A stretch of DNA of 64,000 nt, taken from the NCBI GenBank assembly GCA_004431415.1, contig QPMI01000581.1, positions 1 to 64,000 of the forward strand, read 5' to 3'. The notes beneath the pieces are model-generated. The model was not told the DNA's origin. It did no database searches and saw nothing but the letters and a program-made list of their open reading frames with translations. Below, one piece after another: positions 22,261-32,302 of the stretch (within the stretch, counting starts at the first letter, position 1; every line of letters begins with the position of its first letter). Both the position numbers and the translations under genes were made by a program. This stretch comes from Cyanophora paradoxa CCMP329. Taxonomy: Eukaryota > Plantae > Glaucophyta.

Positions 22261-23649
22261 ATGGATGTTACCTCGACCCTTCAACGTCTTTCTCTGAAAG
22301 AGGCGCTTACAACGCCCGAGGAAGCCAAAGCGTTCTTCCTCGATAACTCGCTTATGCTTGGTCTTGGGCTTATGCTGGTAACCGTTAGTCCATCGACAAC
22401 CTACGATAACAACGTTGGTCAACGCGTTTCTTTCAAACTTCCCCGCTACAACTTTGTCGGTAAAATCGAACTCGCTTTCGATCTTCCCGAACTAACTGCT
22501 TTTACTGGTGATGACGACCTGGTGCGAAATGGTTACACTCGTCCCGTCGGTGCGCTTGTAGAGCGTCTTGAATTCTCGTATGGCTCGTATACCTACCACG
22601 TGCCGTCTGATTTCCTGGCGATTTTCCCACTGGTCTACTATTCTGAGGATCAACTGGCGAAAAAGAAGCGTTCAATGGGAATGCTTCATGGTATCCCCGC
22701 TCACGGAACCAACCGTAAAGGTGGCGCTTTCTTCGTCGAAATTCCGGTGCCGTGGTTGAACCATTATCTACCACTTGGCGCTCTCTCGGGTGAAGCCGTC
22801 ATCACTGTGTGGTTTAAGGAAGCTAACAAGGGATACCTTGAAACTTCTTATGGTGGTCGCTCTCTTCCTGTTGTAGGAAGCACTGCTGCTGATAAATCAT
22901 CAGATGATGGACTTGGAAATGCTACGAGCGTTACACTTGCTAATGTTGGTCAAAACATCACCACTGGCGGTATTACTGGGTTCGAAGTTGCTGGAACTGT
23001 TCCACCAATGACCCATTACATCTCCATTAAAGCACCTCGTCTCTACATGCATGCTATCAACGTTTCTGATGAACTGTTTGCAACTGTTATTGAGAAGGTT
23101 AAGACCACAGGGATGGCTATTCCCGCTCTCGACATCGGTTTCGTCGATTCTATCGCTGTTGCTGCAAAAGGTAACACTCAACCCAACCGAATTAATCTTA
23201 GCCAAATCTCCGGTCTCGTTTATGCTCTTCTTGTCTCTGTTCGTGATGCTGATGGTGTCGATACCTCGAATGGTTCTCACAGCGTCCTTAAAACGCTTGC
23301 GAATGCGAAGGATATCACGATGACTTGTGAGATCAACGGACAGCGTCTTTATTCGACGGAGCCGATCCCGCTACTCAAAGGTGCGGAACTCATCGCCGAT
23401 GCCTTCAAATGCTCGAATATGGACAAGGAAGCAAACCGTTACGTCCTTACTGGATTCCCATTCTGTGTTGATGGTGAGAAGGCGATTCGCAACATTGCCC
23501 AATCTGGATATGTTGACCTTACGAACTCGTCTTCATCATTCCTCACTCTATATCTTCCTGCTGATCGCACAATTACTGTTAACGTTCGCGCTCTCATGCA
23601 TTCGTTCATTATTGTCGATAAGGACGGAATTCGCCGCATTAATCTCTAA
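22261..23649 (+). CDS. Double jelly-roll major capsid protein, element B
   Basis: 462 aa; FKLPRY...ELAFDLP, FFVEIPVPW, YLPLGALSGEAVITVWF pattern of DJR MCPs; upstream of packaging ATPase. Confidence 0.85.
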   Translation: MDVTSTLQRLSLKEALTTPEEAKAFFLDNSLMLGLGLMLVTVSPSTTYDNNVGQRVSFKLPRYNFVGKIELAFDLPELTAFTGDDDLVRNGYTRPVGALVERLEFSYGSYTYHVPSDFLAIFPLVYYSEDQLAKKKRSMGMLHGIPAHGTNRKGGAFFVEIPVPWLNHYLPLGALSGEAVITVWFKEANKGYLETSYGGRSLPVVGSTAADKSSDDGLGNATSVTLANVGQNITTGGITGFEVAGTVPPMTHYISIKAPRLYMHAINVSDELFATVIEKVKTTGMAIPALDIGFVDSIAVAAKGNTQPNRINLSQISGLVYALLVSVRDADGVDTSNGSHSVLKTLANAKDITMTCEINGQRLYSTEPIPLLKGAELIADAFKCSNMDKEANRYVLTGFPFCVDGEKAIRNIAQSGYVDLTNSSSSFLTLYLPADRTITVNVRALMHSFIIVDKDGIRRINL

Positions 23650-23710
23650 ACCATTATCAGTAAGATTTCGTTATTTTTATCTATCTTTATTAAGAAGAAT
23701 CTACTACGCC

Positions 23711-24493
23711 ATGTCTGACGTTCCCGAATTTAATGCTGCTGAGATGATTAAACCCCCTTTTCGCGTATTAGCAATCGGAAAAAGCGCGACGGGCAAGTCA
23801 GAAGCGGTGAAGTATTGGCTAAAACAACTTCACGATGCGAAAAAGTTAGATGTTGTTCTTGTTATAAGTGGGACATCATTCAATCATTTTTGGGATGATG
23901 TCGCAACATTACAGCTCGGTAAATGGGATGCGCCTTACATCGCTAAACTTCTCGATGAAAGACAAGAGAAAATTGAGAAAGGAGAACCCGTTAATCAATT
24001 ATGTGTTGTTCTCGATGATCTTATAGACAATGAGATTGTAGACCTTACCCGTGATAAAATTATTGGATCTCTGTATTCGCGCGGCCGCCACTCGGCGATT
24101 ACAATTTTCTGCATAACTCAGAAACTGCGTAAGGTTTCTTCAACCATTCGCGTCAATTCGGATTATGCAATGTTCCTAAGTGCCGCCAATCGCAAAGAAC
24201 TGGAAGCCATTGAAGAAGAATACAATATCATGCGGGATAAAGACGCTTTCTATAAGATGTTTGAGGAATACGTTCACTCCTATCAGTTTCTCATTTGGAG
24301 TTCTGCGAATTATTCGGTGGAATACTATGTTGATAAAGCGGAACTCGTTAAAGACTTTAAGTTTCCTCGGTTCCATCGCAAACCAAAAAAGAAAGAAGAT
24401 GAATTAAAACCGCCTGAGAAGGAGGAAGCGCCGAAAGAGATTAAAAGCGCTGTTCACACGAATAAGTTGATGCGATATAAGAGGGGATTGTAA
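23711..24493 (+). CDS. A32/FtsK-like genome packaging ATPase, element B
   Basis: GKSATGKS, VVLDD, SRGRH; likely start MSDVPEF. Confidence 0.93.
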   Translation: MSDVPEFNAAEMIKPPFRVLAIGKSATGKSEAVKYWLKQLHDAKKLDVVLVISGTSFNHFWDDVATLQLGKWDAPYIAKLLDERQEKIEKGEPVNQLCVVLDDLIDNEIVDLTRDKIIGSLYSRGRHSAITIFCITQKLRKVSSTIRVNSDYAMFLSAANRKELEAIEEEYNIMRDKDAFYKMFEEYVHSYQFLIWSSANYSVEYYVDKAELVKDFKFPRFHRKPKKKEDELKPPEKEEAPKEIKSAVHTNKLMRYKRGL

Positions 24494-24521
24494 AATTATC
24501 TCTGTATGTTATAAATATACA

Positions 24522-25253
24522 ATGCCGCCGAAACGTAGAGGAGTTCCCGCTGGTGCTATGTCGTATTCCGGCGGTGAAAGTCATGGATCTCTCAACACTA
24601 CACCCATGAAATTCAACGGAATGAGCGAAGTGAAACCATCGCAACAGGAAGAAGACCCCTTAAATGCAGCGTATGAAGAAGCGCCCGGTGATAAAGCGCC
24701 GCAGACCTCCCAAAGTGAGCAATTGAACATTACGCCGGAAGTCTCGAAGATGAAGGCAGTCGGTGAAGGTGCGCGCCGGATTATCGGTGCTGCCGACGAT
24801 CGTGGACTGGGTCTGCAAGATCTTTCACTCGCTCGCAAGGGTGAAGGTGTTTCCAAAGAATCCGATAAGGTAATTCAATCGATGGCTGGTGAAGTTACTT
24901 ACAAGGTTGCGCCAACTCAAAACATCCACCGAATCCAGAGAGCGCAATGGGATGAGATGACCGCTAAATTAAAGGATCTGGAAGCGAAATCAAGCGCTCT
25001 TGAACAGTATGTAACTGAGAAGAAAGAACGCGCTAAAATCAAGGAAATGCTGCGCAAAGAAGTATTCCGAATGGGTATTACTGGTGTTCCCGATAAACAA
25101 TTCATTGGTAAGAAGGAAACTCAAATTGACGAACAAGCGGTAGATGAGTTGAAGACAAAGACCCAAAAGGGAACAGTTGAACCTGGCGCTACCAAAGCGG
25201 AAGTTGATAAAGGTGTTGCACCCACAGCATACAAGCGGAGAGTTTGGTTATAA
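24522..25253 (+). CDS. Conserved hypothetical protein (basic N-terminus, coiled coil)
   Basis: Ortholog at 49005..49738. Confidence 0.75.
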   Translation: MPPKRRGVPAGAMSYSGGESHGSLNTTPMKFNGMSEVKPSQQEEDPLNAAYEEAPGDKAPQTSQSEQLNITPEVSKMKAVGEGARRIIGAADDRGLGLQDLSLARKGEGVSKESDKVIQSMAGEVTYKVAPTQNIHRIQRAQWDEMTAKLKDLEAKSSALEQYVTEKKERAKIKEMLRKEVFRMGITGVPDKQFIGKKETQIDEQAVDELKTKTQKGTVEPGATKAEVDKGVAPTAYKRRVWL

Positions 25254-25276
25254 ATTTCTATGTTTATTAGAGGAAA

Positions 25277-25525
25277 TTGATGGAGTTTCTGAAAAAGATC
25301 ATTGAGATGTTTGAGATGCATGTGGTAAGCAACTGTCACAGTGGATGCTGTGATACAACGGTAGAGGTTGGTTTTTCAGACAACGAAGATAATGTGACGG
25401 AAGGTAGACGATCTCGGAGAGGTTCATTTGTGTCTACTGGTTCACGACCTGATACACCCGAACCTGGTCACCGTTTTCCCGTTGATGATAGCAACGAATT
25501 AAGGCGTCGATCTCTTCCATATTAA
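25277..25525 (+). CDS. Small Cys-motif protein (HVVSNCHSGCCDTT)
   Basis: Motif identical in A ortholog 49761..50033. Confidence 0.7.
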   Translation: MMEFLKKIIEMFEMHVVSNCHSGCCDTTVEVGFSDNEDNVTEGRRSRRGSFVSTGSRPDTPEPGHRFPVDDSNELRRRSLPY

Positions 25526-25549
25526 AATATCCGGTAAAGGTATCGAATA

Positions 25550-25681
25550 ATGCTCGACGAAGTCTACAATATCATCTTAGCGAAACGACAGATTTATGCC
25601 GTTAAATCTGCAATTGAAGAACGTAGACGGGAGCTAATCCGGTCACCAAAAAATGACGCCATAAAATACTTAAAGACGTAA
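25550..25681 (+). CDS. 43-aa micro-ORF below the ORF-track cutoff
   Basis: MLDEVYNIILAKRQIYAVKSAI aligns with MDPQVYKIIEQKRSQYATEAAI starting at 50243. Confidence 0.55.
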   Translation: MLDEVYNIILAKRQIYAVKSAIEERRRELIRSPKNDAIKYLKT

Positions 25682-25732
25682 CGCATAATACAGAGTGGTA
25701 AAAGATTTTCTCAACTATATATAAAGTGGAAC

Positions 25733-25969
25733 ATGGAGACAGTAATTCATATTACCGAAGATACGGTGAGTGTAATAGAATTTGTTGATGAAGAAGATGA
25801 GACCCGCAGCAACTACAAGATGAGAGATGCTCTCAGGAAGCGAACGCTCTACAACGAAGACCCGGTTTATCGGGAGTATAAGAAGGCGCAATCGCTCGCT
25901 TCATATTATCGTCGTAAGGAGCGGGAGGGAATCGAAAACAAGTCGCGGGGACGTCCACGAAAGTATTAA
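25733..25969 (+). CDS. Small basic protein with AT-hook-like RGRP
   Basis: YREYKKAQSLASYYRRK...RGRPRKY; ortholog at 50017..50262. Confidence 0.7.
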   Translation: METVIHITEDTVSVIEFVDEEDETRSNYKMRDALRKRTLYNEDPVYREYKKAQSLASYYRRKEREGIENKSRGRPRKY

Positions 25970-26175
25970 GGGAGATACCCATTTGACCGCTAAACCCAAT
26001 TACTCATTTTTCGAGCGGTCTATCGATATTCTTCGATAGATCCGTAACCATCTCTCGATTGCCGTTTTTGGTAATTGAAGAGATATCAACCACTTAAAGG
26101 TTAGCCGCCAAAAAATGACAGGAAACCGGAGAAACTCTTTTCTCCATCATAGATAAGACACCCCCGATTATCGAG

Positions 26176-28527
26176 ATGAACGCTGCCGCCAAGAAATCCC
26201 TGAAACGCCTTGTTGATTGGCTTCGTGAAGACGATGTCCGGTCTGAGAATATCGTAATCCCCGTCGATCCTGATACCAAAAAACCCCTCTTCGCCCATAA
26301 AGACGGATCGTGGACTTGGGATAAATTCGATGAAGCCCTGAAATCCGGTAAGTATACTGCTTGGGGCATTCTCGCTCGCAACATCGTGGTTATCGACTTC
26401 GACCAAGAGGAGGATTTCACCAAATTCGAGGAGGAATACCCCGATGATTTCGGTGGTGTCAATCCTCTTGCTAAAACCAAAAAAGGATATCATGTTTACT
26501 TCTCTCGTCCTGCTGACTTTGATGCTGTTAAGATCTGGGATAAAGCGGGTGCTTTCAAAGGTTATCCTAAGATTGACTGCAAAACGATTGCATCCACTGG
26601 AACTGCTGGGTTGATTAACGTTTCCCCAAGCCCTGGTAAAACTTGGATCAGAGAACCATGGGCGGAAGGCTGTGAGTTGATCGAACCGAGTGCTGAACTC
26701 CAAAAGTGGATGATTGAAAACTACCTTTTTCCGAGAGGATCTTTCAGTTTCGTTGAAAAGGGTATTGAGGAGAACTTACAGAAAGCTATCTTCGAGAAAC
26801 TGGAAGAATTTGGATTCATCACACCCACGATCATCAATGAGACGGAGCATGGCTACAATTTCACTGCTGAAAACAAAGGGAATGATTGTCCTTGTTGCAA
26901 TCGAGTTCACGATTCCAACAATTGGTATGTGATTCGAGGAAAAGAGAAGGGCATATATATCGTTTCAAGTTACAGTGCGAATTGCAAGAAGCGTTCTATC
27001 ATCGTGCGAGTCAAAGAGGAGACTTTGGCTAATATCGATCACCTAATTGATAAGTCTACGGGTTCAGATGGCGGGCATTATGATGTTGCGGATGTTGCTT
27101 ACCTCATTCTGCGGGACAGCTACAAGTTTTCGAACAAGACTTGGTTCAAGTTCAATGAGAAAAGTGGTATTTGGGAGATGGATGATACTGAAAAGCGAAT
27201 CTATCTTTGTCTGAGTGCGAAAGTTTGTCCTGCTTATCTGAAACGTGCTATTGAATACTCAACAAAAGCGCTTCGTGATGAAGAGAACCGTAATATGTTC
27301 GAAGAGAAGGCAAAGACGTTGCTTGGAATTGCAAAGATGCTGAAACAAACTTCGTATCGGAGGTCGGTTATCAATGATCTCGAAGTTTACCTGAGTGATA
27401 GATTGTTCTTTGGGAAACTTGATACTGTTCCCAACGTGATCGGGTTCACAAATGGAGTATTCGACTTGAAGACTATGTCTTTTCGCAAAGGAGTTCCGGA
27501 TGATATGATCAGTAAGACTGTTGGCTATGATTATACCACAGAAATCGATCAAGAGAAAGTTGAGAAACTCAAATCGATTTACGCTGATATTATCGAATGC
27601 CCAATTGATCGCAACTACGTTCTCGGTTCCATTGCTTTCTCATTGTCTGGTAAGATCGAAAACCAAAAATATCATTTCTGGACTGGAATTGGAGCAAATG
27701 GTAAATCACTCCTTCAAGAGTTGGTGAAAGATACCTATGGTGAATACTATGGATCTCTTGATATGTCGTATTGGACGAAACCAAAGAAGAGTTCATCGGA
27801 GGCATCACCCGAACTTGCCGATATTCTTGGAAAAAGGATTGTTTTCAGTAATGAAGCGGAAGATGGCGATAAACTTCAACTCAACAAGATTAAACAGATC
27901 AGTGGAGGCAATGAGTTGAAGGTTCGCGCTCTTTTCAAGGATCCCGTAGTCTTTGTTCCAATGTTTCAGCTGTTCTTGTCGACAAATGACAACCTTGGAT
28001 TGAGCAAACCCGATAACGCAATTGAGAGGCGGACATCTTACTACCGGTTCAAATGTGTATTCAAACCAAACCCTGGTGAAGGTGAGAAGTTAGCCGATAC
28101 ATCACTTATGTATCTTCTGCGTGACGATGATGATTACAAGATGGCTAACATGTCGATCTTCTTGGAGATGTGGAAATCCCAAGATCTTCTGAAATTGATG
28201 AAGAACCCGCCACAGACCATCATTGATGAAGGAGCGAGTTACTTTGCTGAAAATGATAAGATTGGCGAGTGGCTGCGCAACAACTACGAGAAAACAGGAA
28301 GCCGGACTGATTTCGTCCCAAGTGACACGATCATCAAGGGGTTCCGTTCTGTTGATGAGAAAGCGGATCCCATCAGCATTGGTAAGCGAGTTCGGGAGAT
28401 CTACAATATCAAATCTGAAACCAAGAAAGAAAGAGGTCAGGTATCCCGTGGATATTTCGGGTTGAAGAAGAAACAGATCGGAGAATTCGTTGATGATGAT
28501 GGAATCGACAGCGATATCGAGGCTTGA
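26176..28527 (+). CDS. Primase-polymerase / Zn finger / D5-like SF3 helicase, element B
   Basis: VIDFD, TKKGYHVYF, CPCC...H...C, IGFTNGVFDL, GIGANGKS, VFSNE. Confidence 0.92.
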   Translation: MNAAAKKSLKRLVDWLREDDVRSENIVIPVDPDTKKPLFAHKDGSWTWDKFDEALKSGKYTAWGILARNIVVIDFDQEEDFTKFEEEYPDDFGGVNPLAKTKKGYHVYFSRPADFDAVKIWDKAGAFKGYPKIDCKTIASTGTAGLINVSPSPGKTWIREPWAEGCELIEPSAELQKWMIENYLFPRGSFSFVEKGIEENLQKAIFEKLEEFGFITPTIINETEHGYNFTAENKGNDCPCCNRVHDSNNWYVIRGKEKGIYIVSSYSANCKKRSIIVRVKEETLANIDHLIDKSTGSDGGHYDVADVAYLILRDSYKFSNKTWFKFNEKSGIWEMDDTEKRIYLCLSAKVCPAYLKRAIEYSTKALRDEENRNMFEEKAKTLLGIAKMLKQTSYRRSVINDLEVYLSDRLFFGKLDTVPNVIGFTNGVFDLKTMSFRKGVPDDMISKTVGYDYTTEIDQEKVEKLKSIYADIIECPIDRNYVLGSIAFSLSGKIENQKYHFWTGIGANGKSLLQELVKDTYGEYYGSLDMSYWTKPKKSSSEASPELADILGKRIVFSNEAEDGDKLQLNKIKQISGGNELKVRALFKDPVVFVPMFQLFLSTNDNLGLSKPDNAIERRTSYYRFKCVFKPNPGEGEKLADTSLMYLLRDDDDYKMANMSIFLEMWKSQDLLKLMKNPPQTIIDEGASYFAENDKIGEWLRNNYEKTGSRTDFVPSDTIIKGFRSVDEKADPISIGKRVREIYNIKSETKKERGQVSRGYFGLKKKQIGEFVDDDGIDSDIEA

Positions 28528-28575
28528 AGAAGAAAATCAAAATAATATATTTAACTGATAATTCATTTTTTATAA

Positions 28576-28740
28576 CCTTACTGAATATGGTAAGGGTAAC
28601 AGAAGTAACGGATTTAATCGAGGGTAACGGATTTAATCGAGGGTAACAGAGGTAACGGATTTTGCGCAACTTTTTGAAAATCTCGATCTTAGGGGAGAGG
28701 TTGGGAAAAATCCGTTACCTCTGTTACCCTCGATTAATCG
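28576..28740. promoter_or_regulatory. Iteron palindrome of B (GGTAAC[A/G]GA repeats), putative origin
   Basis: Directly 3' of the helicase gene; duplicated at 45281-45380 and ~45460-45597. Confidence 0.55.
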
Positions 28741-28795
28741 ATGAAAAAAATGACAGATTATTTAAAAAATCATTGTGTGTATCTCTTGACAGAAA

Positions 28796-28978
28796 ATGGA
28801 TTACTTTGGTGACATTCGGAAGCAGATTGTTGAGAACAATGATATTGCAGAGGTGGCGGATTATATCGCAAAGATAAGAGCAATCACTGGTCGACCCTAT
28901 CAAAAGAAGCAAGTATATTCAAACAGTGTGACTGTGTATATCCCAAAAAACGTGAATGTGAGAATCATTAGAACTTAA
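28796..28978 (+). CDS. 60-aa hypothetical protein
   Basis: Positional and weak sequence counterpart of 50350..50571; preceded by AAAAAATGA. Confidence 0.45.
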   Translation: MDYFGDIRKQIVENNDIAEVADYIAKIRAITGRPYQKKQVYSNSVTVYIPKNVNVRIIRT

Positions 28979-29020
28979 CGCGTTCAAAATCCAAAATAAA
29001 AATGTTCCTTTATAGTAAAG

Positions 29021-32000
29021 ATGCCCCGCCAAACGAACAGACTGATCAAAGAAAAGAAAAATGAAATACTTGGATTGTTAGGAACTCTCTTAGTTACAGG
29101 TGAGATCACGGAAGCGGAATATGATAGAGAAGCCGCCATCTTAGATAGACGACCGCGATTAGGTCAACTCACTGAGATTGCAAATGACCTCTACGATCGC
29201 ATGCAACGAATGGAGGAGTTTATGGATGAAGGACAGAGATTAGGAGCAATTGAACCGGATATCGAAGATGGTCAAGCAATGAATCAAGCGTATTCGTGGT
29301 TAACCTATCGCGCCCGAAACGAAGTTGTCGTGGATGCTATCGAATTTCTCGAAAGAATCGCACCAAGTCTACCGCAACGCATTAGAACCCGCTTAGATCA
29401 ACTGAGAGCCGTTAAAGTCCGTCTGACTTTCGTTTGCAAATTTACCAAAGTAGGTAATCCGCGCATCTATATCACCAAATTCATTTACAGCGATTATTTC
29501 GTAATTACCCGATCCCGCAACATAGACACAGAAGTTCGCAAAGCGTTACAGAAAATGCAAGAGGAGATGACGCAAGTGGATAGTTACCGTTTGGAGAAGA
29601 TCGAAATTTTAAGAGGCATTATCATGTCTTATGCACCTGTGGGTGGATGCTATTTTGCAACTCCCGAATGGATCGCATCCAAGAAGGCAACGGTGAATGT
29701 TAAGAATATCGACGGTCAAGATTGCTTCAAGTATGCAATTTTGGCTTACCTGCATCGAAAGGACATCAATAAACACAAGAGCAACGAACCGAGCCAATAC
29801 CGCCGATGGTTAAATGAACTCAATTTCGATGGTATTCAGTTTCCCGTTGCCTGTGATGCTGAGGTAATCGATCGATTCGAAGAACTGAACCCCGATCTAT
29901 CTATTAACATTTACGGAGCCGATAACGCCAAAGAGTGTTTCTTTCCACTGCATCAATCAAGTAACCCAAGAAGAAAGACCAAGATTAACCTTTTACTTAT
30001 CGAAAACACCGAAGACGATCGGGGACACTACATTACTATTATGTCTTTTAGTCGTCTTCTGAAAACTACATTTGATAAAGCATGTGATGGTCGCATTTAT
30101 TACTGTGAGACTTGCTTGTCTCGTTTTAGAACTCAGGAGAAATTAGACCTGCATGTTGAAGCGAATCGCTGCATTGATTGGAGGGAGAGCAAAGGCAAAT
30201 GCCCAAAAGCGGGAAGCGTAATTGAATTCGGTCTGCAACATCTACGTAAAACCGTGTGGCTTCCTGTGATCTGTTATGTTAAAGTCGAAGATCATTCGGT
30301 TGCAATCGATGCTCAGAGGAGTAAACGAGAGATCAAAGCGGTTTCACTGAGAGTGGTAATGGGAGAAGAAGTGAGAGCATACCGTTTTGAGGGAGCCGAT
30401 CCCCTTGGTTCTCTCTTTGTTACTCTGCAAGATATTAGACCCGAAATCGTTGAGACGCTGTTTAGAAATATTCCGATGCATCCACTCACAGATGATCAGA
30501 AGGCGGAATACAAGGTAACAAAACACTGTTACATTTGCTCTCAGAGATTCACCCACGAAAACTTCCCGGTTCGCGATCATTGCCACCAATCCGGCGATTT
30601 CATTGGAAAGGCATGCCGAAACTGTAACCTCCACCGGCGAATCTCAAAACAAACCAAAGTAGCTATCGTGGTAGATCACATGGATGAATGTGGGCATGGA
30701 ATATTCCGCAAAATTGCCCAACAAGACGATAAACTACGTGTTGAGATTCTGAGCAAGAATTTCGATCAATACCTGTCGCTTCAATGGGGCATGTGGAAGT
30801 TCATAGATGCTTCCCATTTTATGGATTTTCAATCTGTGGATGTGGGCGATTTAATGAGAAAGTTTGAAGCATTCCGCAAATTGGCGTTTTCTCAATATGG
30901 ATTGGATCCCGCACATTACGTTAGCGCACCGGGTCTCTCTTGGGACGCTATGCTCAAACACACCAAAGTTAAGATTGAACTAATCGATGATGTAGAGAAA
31001 TACGAATTTGTTGAGAGAGCCATTCGCGGTGGATTTGCTACCATGCCCACACGATACGCAAAGGTAGAGAATGCCGACGATCATATAGTATTGTTGGATG
31101 CGAATAATCTTTATGGTTATGCTCTCAGTCAACCACTACCTATCGGAGATTATCGATGGGAAGACATCACAGAGGCACTTAAAGAGGTAGAGGGACGAAG
31201 CGCATTTATTGAAGTTGACCTTGAATACCCCACAACTCTTGAAGATCATTACGATTTCCCACTGATTGTGAATAAAGAAGTGATCACCAATGAGATGCTT
31301 GGTGATTATCAACGTAAACTATTAGATCTGACGGGCGAAAAGATCAGCAGAGACCCCAAACTTACAGCGACATTTACGCCCAAGAATAAATACGTGATCG
31401 CTCGACCTCTTCTTAATTACATCGTTAAAAAGGGTGTTGTTCTAAAAAAGATACATAAAGTTCTCTCATTCGCTACTTCCCCATTCATGAAATCTTACAT
31501 TGGTCTGAATACTCTACTCAGGCACGAATCTACCAACCATTTCGAAAGCGACTTCTTTAAACTAATGAACAATGCGATTTATGGTAAATGCTTGGAATCT
31601 TGCAGGGGTCGCTCAACTGTCAAGATCGCTAACAGTGAGAAACTCTGTAAGAAATACGCAGCAAGTCCGCTTATCAAGGCGACCAATGTATTAAACGAAA
31701 ATGCGGTTGCCTTTGAGATGTATTCGAAGCATGTTAACTTAGATAAACCCGTAGCAATTGGCGCTTTTGTATTGGATTTCGCGAAACTACATAATTATCG
31801 ATTCTTCTATGATGTGGTAAGAAAGAAGTGGGAAACCGCTAAATTACTGTTCCACGATACAGATTCGTTCTGTCTTTTCCTGAAAACCAATAATCTCAAT
31901 GAAGATATGAAAGAGATAGGTGAGTATCTCGATAGGAGCAATTACGATAAATCCCATCCTCTTGTGAGTATCAAAAACCGCATGGTTCCTGGTAAATATA

Positions 32001-32302
32001 AGAATGAGTTTCCAAATGCAAAGATCATGGAGTATGTGGGTCTGAGATCGAAACTCTATGCTTTCAGAACTGAGACCAACGAAAGAGTAAAGATGTCGGG
32101 GACTTCCTCGAAAGAGGTTCACTTTGACGATTTTAAGAGATGTCTGTTTGAAGGCATCATAAAAACAGTATCAGTAACAAACAAGCGAAGGCAAGACCAC
32201 AACTTATATGACTTGGAGAGCAGAAGGGTCGCTCTAAACCAACTCGATAGCAAACGGAAGATATCAGCCGATGGCATTCACAGCATTCCATTCGGTCTTT
32301 AA
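29021..32302 (+). CDS. Protein-primed family B DNA polymerase, element B
   Basis: LDANNLYG, KLMNNAIYGK, HDTDS, GLRSKLYAF; EndoVII-like CYIC...RDHCH...CRNCN insert; N-terminal CFKYAI...GHY. Confidence 0.95.
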   Translation: MPRQTNRLIKEKKNEILGLLGTLLVTGEITEAEYDREAAILDRRPRLGQLTEIANDLYDRMQRMEEFMDEGQRLGAIEPDIEDGQAMNQAYSWLTYRARNEVVVDAIEFLERIAPSLPQRIRTRLDQLRAVKVRLTFVCKFTKVGNPRIYITKFIYSDYFVITRSRNIDTEVRKALQKMQEEMTQVDSYRLEKIEILRGIIMSYAPVGGCYFATPEWIASKKATVNVKNIDGQDCFKYAILAYLHRKDINKHKSNEPSQYRRWLNELNFDGIQFPVACDAEVIDRFEELNPDLSINIYGADNAKECFFPLHQSSNPRRKTKINLLLIENTEDDRGHYITIMSFSRLLKTTFDKACDGRIYYCETCLSRFRTQEKLDLHVEANRCIDWRESKGKCPKAGSVIEFGLQHLRKTVWLPVICYVKVEDHSVAIDAQRSKREIKAVSLRVVMGEEVRAYRFEGADPLGSLFVTLQDIRPEIVETLFRNIPMHPLTDDQKAEYKVTKHCYICSQRFTHENFPVRDHCHQSGDFIGKACRNCNLHRRISKQTKVAIVVDHMDECGHGIFRKIAQQDDKLRVEILSKNFDQYLSLQWGMWKFIDASHFMDFQSVDVGDLMRKFEAFRKLAFSQYGLDPAHYVSAPGLSWDAMLKHTKVKIELIDDVEKYEFVERAIRGGFATMPTRYAKVENADDHIVLLDANNLYGYALSQPLPIGDYRWEDITEALKEVEGRSAFIEVDLEYPTTLEDHYDFPLIVNKEVITNEMLGDYQRKLLDLTGEKISRDPKLTATFTPKNKYVIARPLLNYIVKKGVVLKKIHKVLSFATSPFMKSYIGLNTLLRHESTNHFESDFFKLMNNAIYGKCLESCRGRSTVKIANSEKLCKKYAASPLIKATNVLNENAVAFEMYSKHVNLDKPVAIGAFVLDFAKLHNYRFFYDVVRKKWETAKLLFHDTDSFCLFLKTNNLNEDMKEIGEYLDRSNYDKSHPLVSIKNRMVPGKYKNEFPNAKIMEYVGLRSKLYAFRTETNERVKMSGTSSKEVHFDDFKRCLFEGIIKTVSVTNKRRQDHNLYDLESRRVALNQLDSKRKISADGIHSIPFGL

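Noticed and set aside
23327-23710. N-terminal extension of the B ATPase
   Set aside because: Overlaps MCP out of frame; A's ortholog starts at the equivalent of 23711
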